Below, piece by piece: positions 58,792 through 64,000 of a DNA stretch of 64,000 nt. The number at the start of each line of letters is the position of its first letter. Within the stretch, counting starts at the first letter, position 1. Both the position numbers and the translations under genes were made by a program. This DNA is from Octopus vulgaris (lineage: Eukaryota): positions 210,862,001 to 210,926,000 of the forward strand of contig OX597814.1 in assembly GCA_951406725.2 (NCBI GenBank). The letters run 5' to 3'. Below the pieces are notes generated by a model, which saw only the letters and a list, made by a program, of their open reading frames with translations, was not told where the DNA came from and made no database searches.

Positions 58792-59574
58792 ATAAGAGAA
58801 GGAAAGATACAGAGAAGGGAAGACAGAGGAAAAAAATCGCCAACGGCACACACGAGGTCATGTAGATATATGCATGTGTGTGTGTGTGTTTGTTGGTGGG
58901 CGTATGAATATATATATATGTATATGCACATTTAGGTATGCATATGGATATGAAAACAAACAGATCAGCATACAAATTGATAGTTACATAAGTTATATAA
59001 AGAACAAGCACACATACGCAAATATAAACTGAAACATGTATACGCACACAGACACACTTCACTTTATACGAGGACACATATAGAGACACACGTCCACACA
59101 TGTGGAGATGCATGTCCATACATACAAACACGGTACATAGTTGCAAAGCACACACACGCACTAAGACATGCACACATAAGGAGACAGAGGCACTCACACA
59201 CATATACAACACACTCACACACACATACATAAAAACACACAAACACGGACATGCAAATTCAAACACATGAATGAGCAGAATTCATACATACAAATGTAAA
59301 CACATAAATGCAAATGCACACAGACATACATGCATACACACACATGCTTTCATACATACATGCACACACAAACACACTAATCCACACACATTCGCACAAG
59401 CAAACATGAAGGAAGGTAGTGCGAAGAACGGAAACAGTGAAAAATCTATTGAAAAGTTTGCAAGACTCAACGAAAATTTTAGAAAAATAAATCAGAAATA
59501 GGTGAAATTTTACCGGTGAGTGTGATAAAATTATAAGGCACCAAATGAGAATTACTCTCCCCAGAGATAACAGA

Positions 59575-59644
<70 letters not shown>

Positions 59645-60302
59645 TGGCTGCATATTTGTGTAAACATGTGTGTGCACGTTAGTGTGCGAAAACATCGTGT
59701 GGACTTACCTAGCATATAAGTATATAGCGTCGTCTGTCTATACTGTTTGTAAATCCTCTCTACGTGTAACATTTTCTTTTCTCAGTATATCTGCAGTACG
59801 TTAATCCATCCATCCAGGCTTTATCGTATATTCTACCAGATGCTTACAGATTTTCTTTCTCTCTTTATATATAAATATATATATAGTTTTTGTTTTCGTC
59901 ATACTTACATTTCTATTGTAGCTAAAAAAAACGTTTTTCTAAAAAAATGTTTTGATACGTCGAAATATTTTTTTCTTTTCTTTTGTATAAAATCATTTTT
60001 TTTTTTAAATTCATTTTTATGCAGCTGTCAAAATTCACTTTTACTCAGGTATATTTATATAAGGAAAAGTCTGAAGAAAATGTAAAAAACAAAAAAAACG
60101 CCAAAGGAACATATAAACGAAATCATTTCTTACCTAATCCGAAGTCATTTATTGTAGACAAGATCACAATGACTCAACTGCGATTTATGAATTATTCATA
60201 TGAATTATACTCGATATTCATTCGGTTCCGCTGATATTCATCTATCAGTGTACTTTTATGTATGTATACACACACGCAGGCATATACATACATACATACA
60301 CA

Positions 60303-60358
<56 letters not shown>

Positions 60359-60366
60359 ATGCGTGT

Positions 60367-60640
60367 GTGAAGGCGCAATGGCCCAGTGGTTAGGGCAACG
60401 GACACGCGGTTGTAGGATCGCGGTTTCGATTCCCAGTCCGAGCTTTGTGAGTGTTCATTGAGCGAAAACACCTAAAGTTCCACGAGGTTCCGCCACAACT
60501 TTCTCTCACTCTTTCTTCTGTTGGCCTGCTCGCTTAGCCAGCGGGGTGGCGTCATTTAAAGGCTAAATCAATGCGAAGCTCATTGTGACCAGCGATGTGT
60601 AGCAACATCCGATAGCTTGGTCGGTCACGGTTATCACACT
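60367..60640 (+). mobile_element. tRNA-derived SINE family C with RTE-type tail
   Basis: Same head as 63341; tail cattgtgaccagcgatgtgtagcaacatccgatagcttggtc. Confidence 0.85.
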
Positions 60641-60870
60641 GATATATATATATATATATGTACACGCACACACATATGCACATATGTATATTCATTGGTG
60701 TCGCCGTGTGTAGACTCACCTGGGAAACTATATGCTATGTATTAAACAACAGCATATAGCACTTTGGTGCGTAAATGTATCTTATATAATTGCGCTTTTT
60801 CATTATTTGCAAGACATTGCACACATTTGCTTTAATTTTCTCTGGAAAATATATTTAAAAATTGCCCGAT

Positions 60871-60918
<48 letters not shown>

Positions 60919-60948
60919 AGAAAAAAGCAACAAGAATGGATTAGTTGT

Positions 60949-61035
60949 TCAGTACAATTGTTTCATACGAAGAACATATTTATTAAAAGCTGCAAATATT
61001 GCAGCAAATACAAGTGTCCCGTATTCATCAACCAA
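60949..61035 (-). ncRNA. Hammerhead ribozyme copy with C3U core mutation
   Basis: Minus strand ttgg-TTGATGA-atacg..cgtat-GAAAC-aatt-GTA-ctga. Confidence 0.65.
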
Positions 61036-61237
61036 AGCACATATGAGTTTTCCAAACATCCTAGGGGGTGAGGCTACACTCATGAAGTATCGAAGAGAGT
61101 TCTATGAAAAGCAAAGTTAGAGTGTAAGCAGACTTAAAATCCAACTTACAATCTAACTCTGCTTTTCATAGAACTCTCTTCGAAACTTCATGAGTGTAGC
61201 CTCACCCCCTAGGATGTTTGGAAAACTCATATGTGCT

Positions 61238-61324
61238 TTGGCTGATGAATACGGGACACTTGTATTTGCTGCAATATTTGCAGCTTTTATTAAAGCTGTT
61301 CTTCGTATGAAACAATTGTACTGA
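61238..61324 (+). ncRNA. Type I hammerhead ribozyme, intact core, extended stem II
   Basis: ttgg-CTGATGA(61242)-atacg..gctgcaatatttgcagc..cgtat-GAAAC(61309)-aatt-GTA(61318-61320)-ctga; palindromic ACAAUUGU stem III. Confidence 0.75.
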
Positions 61325-61479
61325 ACAACTAATTCATTCTTGTTGCTTTTTTCTTGTTTATAATCACCCCACATTATTTTATGGTTAATACCACAAAGAT
61401 TTCTGGTGCATCTAAGTTAAGTACCACATTCATGTGAATTCATTGGAACTCACTTGAATCTTAATTGTTTTACTGAAAT

Positions 61480-61545
<66 letters not shown>

Positions 61546-61749
61546 AGTAATTGAATGAATTATCTTATTAAGGATAATTCGAAAGGTAACCGATACCTGG
61601 GTAGCAAATTCACATCAGAAAGAACACGGTTGAAGTTACGTCCCTAGGGCATAGACTACGTGTCTTCGTGGGGAAATGTGTATGTTTATTTTAAAATTAT
61701 AAGTATATGAAAGAATGGAGTTGAACGACTAGTTAATAAATATCCTTTA

Positions 61750-61832
61750 TTCTCGACATATGTTTCGAAGGCTACATATTCCTAATTCCGAAGGAATTAG
61801 GAGTACATTATGCAGATTTCTCATCAGCAAAA
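61750..61832 (-). ncRNA. Type I hammerhead ribozyme, intact core, extended stem II
   Basis: Minus strand ttttg-CTGATGA-gaa..tcctaattcc(ttc)ggaattagga..ttc-GAAAC-atat-GTC-gagaa; first stem I pair mismatched. Confidence 0.7.
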
Positions 61833-62336
61833 TCAAGGAACTTATGTCGACATCAAAATGCACAAAAAACTTTTAGCTGACCGCTCTCAAGGAGCCCATA
61901 TATATATATATATTTATATACATATTCATACACTCATATACTAATGCATAGATAAGTTTGTAAGTATTACGTATTACGAGAAACAACTGAGGGCACACAT
62001 TTCATCCAGATTCTCTAGCAATACGTAAGCCAGTAAATGAGATACGATATTTAAATTCATGTAGATATCTTGAATAGCATGTGTTGTTCTTTTTTCTTAT
62101 GTACGTACATGCATACCTATATAGATACATATACGCTTATTCTTTTACACATATACACATACATAAAAAGCCATACATACATGCATACAATTAAAGGGCG
62201 AACTCGCATGCACACACACACACAGACACATGTATATATATATACGTTCATACAAACATATAAACTTACGTACATACGTTCATACATACACACATAATAC
62301 ATTAAGTACATATATAAATAAATAAATGTATATGTA

Positions 62337-62508
<172 letters not shown>

Positions 62509-62830
62509 AGAAGAACAAAGAATTAACTAAAAATAAATTATTATCGTATCAACCTTAACATAGAGCTGCTTCCGCTGTAAGGTTTGGTGATTGTGTAACA
62601 CTATATTGCATCATCGGGGTTTCAAACATGAAGTGTAGTTTATTTGGAAACACAATTGCATTTATGCACGTACGCAGGAAATGCATTACCGCTATGAAAG
62701 CGTATAATTGGAGAATAAAACCTAACGTCTCCTCCCATAATTACAATAAATTTTATGTTTGGCGAAATTTCGTGTGACCTTTGCAATTTGAGCTTTTCGC
62801 AGATCGTCATGCTTCGAACGGTAACATTTA

Positions 62831-63216
62831 TCTCTCTCTATATAAACGGCAGTTTGTCTGTGCGTGTTTCTGTGTGTCTGTTTTCTCGTACCCTCACTCT
62901 GACCACGGCTTTCAACCGATTCTGATGAAACTTGACACACACATAGCCCAATGTCATAATTCAAAACTAACGCAGCGAAAATTTTGACAAGTTCCCCCAG
63001 TTCTGAAAAAAATCGATAAATTCGACATGGGGTCGAGAATCAGAAACCCAAACCGCAGACCGTCTAGGGGACGCAACTCCACCTTTTTTAACTCTCAAAA
63101 AAAATTTACCATCATTTTTTTTTCCATTTTTTTGCTATTTTTGGGCTATAACTCTCTAAAAATGCTTTATAGTTATTTCCCTTACAAACCTGAGCAACGC
63201 CGGGCGATACTGCTAG
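62831..63216 (+). mobile_element. Non-autonomous Helitron, 386 bp
   Basis: 5' TC, subterminal hairpin cctgagcaacgccggg (63189-63204), 3' CTAG, inserted between A and T with no TSD; removal restores the mariner frame. Confidence 0.85.
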
Positions 63217-63340
63217 TTCTCAATAACTGCAGTGACTGTATGATGCGTTAAAAGGCCGCTACCCAGTATTCGTCAGATGAAGACGCGCTCTCCTACGACA
63301 TAGCAATTACCCAATTCACACTGCCGATATTATAAAGCGC

Positions 63341-63717
63341 GTGGAGGCGCAATGGCCCAGTGGTTAGGGCAGCGGACTCGCGGTCATAGGATCGCGGTTT
63401 CGATTCCCAGACCGGGCGTTGTGAGTGTTTATTGAGCGAAAACACCTAAAAGCTCCGGCAGGGGATGGTGGTGGTCCCTGCTGTACTCTTTCACCACAAC
63501 TTTCTCTCACTCTTACTTCCTGTTTCTGCTGTACCTGTATTTCAAAGGGCCGGCCTTGCCACTCTCTCTGTCACGCTGAATATCCCCGAGAACTACGTTA
63601 AGGGTACACGTGTCTGTGGAGTGCACAGCTACTTACACGTTAATTTCACGAGCAGGCTGTTCCGTTGATTCGGATCAACCGGAACCCTCATCGTCGTAAC
63701 CGACGGAGTGCTTCCAC
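63341..63717 (+). mobile_element. tRNA-derived SINE family C, full length, third tail type
   Basis: tRNA-like head with A/B boxes; perfect 12-bp TSD attataaagcgc at 63329-63340 and 63718-63729. Confidence 0.93.
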
Positions 63718-64000
63718 ATTATAAAGCGCAAACTTTAGGAACTTCTGGAGCTGGAAGTGCCTCCTCAGCTTTCCTACAGTCCATATCTTGAACAATTATA
63801 GCACACATTTTTCTAAGCCATGGCTTGTTTCAGGCACAGAAGACATTTCCATAACTTAGACGAGGTTGAAAATTGGTTGAGGAAAATTTCTGCCTGTAAT
63901 CTAGTCATGATATAATCGTTAAATTGAGCTTCGGGCACATTGATGTCAACAAACAACAGAATATGATTGGATGTATTTACCTGAACAGATGTTATCCTTA

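Larger units (their letters stand above)
60916..61357. repeat. Long inverted repeat, 213-bp arms with 16-nt spacer
   Basis: 60916-61128 is the reverse complement of 61145-61357, with about 8 mismatches by eye. Confidence 0.97.
62600..63985 (+). pseudogene. Old mariner transposase relic interrupted by two insertions
   Basis: After removing the inserts: FYVWRNF..FELF..NGNIYSQ*L..LYDALKGRYP..LLRHSNYPIHTA..LELEVPPQLSYSPYL..FHNLDEVENWL, matching mariner catalytic-domain motifs. Confidence 0.75.

Noticed and set aside
63345-63418. tRNA-Arg-like sequence (also at 60372 and 41710)
   Set aside because: No proper acceptor stem; continues into a SINE body with TSD, so it is a SINE head rather than a tRNA gene

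Overview
AT-rich eukaryotic DNA, very dense in microsatellites and interspersed repeats. The tRNA-derived SINE set and (TA/CA/AAT/GATA)n density suggest a coleoid cephalopod such as Octopus (inference from recall, not a database result). I found no intact host protein-coding gene; almost all ORF-track entries are microsatellite or SINE artefacts. Supported content: one full-length but disrupted mariner, two mariner relics (one carrying a nested non-autonomous Helitron and a SINE with a 12-bp TSD), decayed R4/Dong-, RTE- and CR1/L2-type LINEs, and four tRNA-SINE families. The most notable pattern is about ten type-I hammerhead-ribozyme motifs (four with the core consensus retained, the rest decayed) in short Penelope-like/retrozyme-like repeats, several within inverted duplications, including a 213-bp-arm foldback at 60916-61357. 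One SINE head also appears with three different 3' tails, two matching LINE ends in this window. A few minus-strand splice-signal candidates, including a 9-nt microexon, hint at the intron of a large gene. Coordinates of decayed elements are approximate and read by eye.
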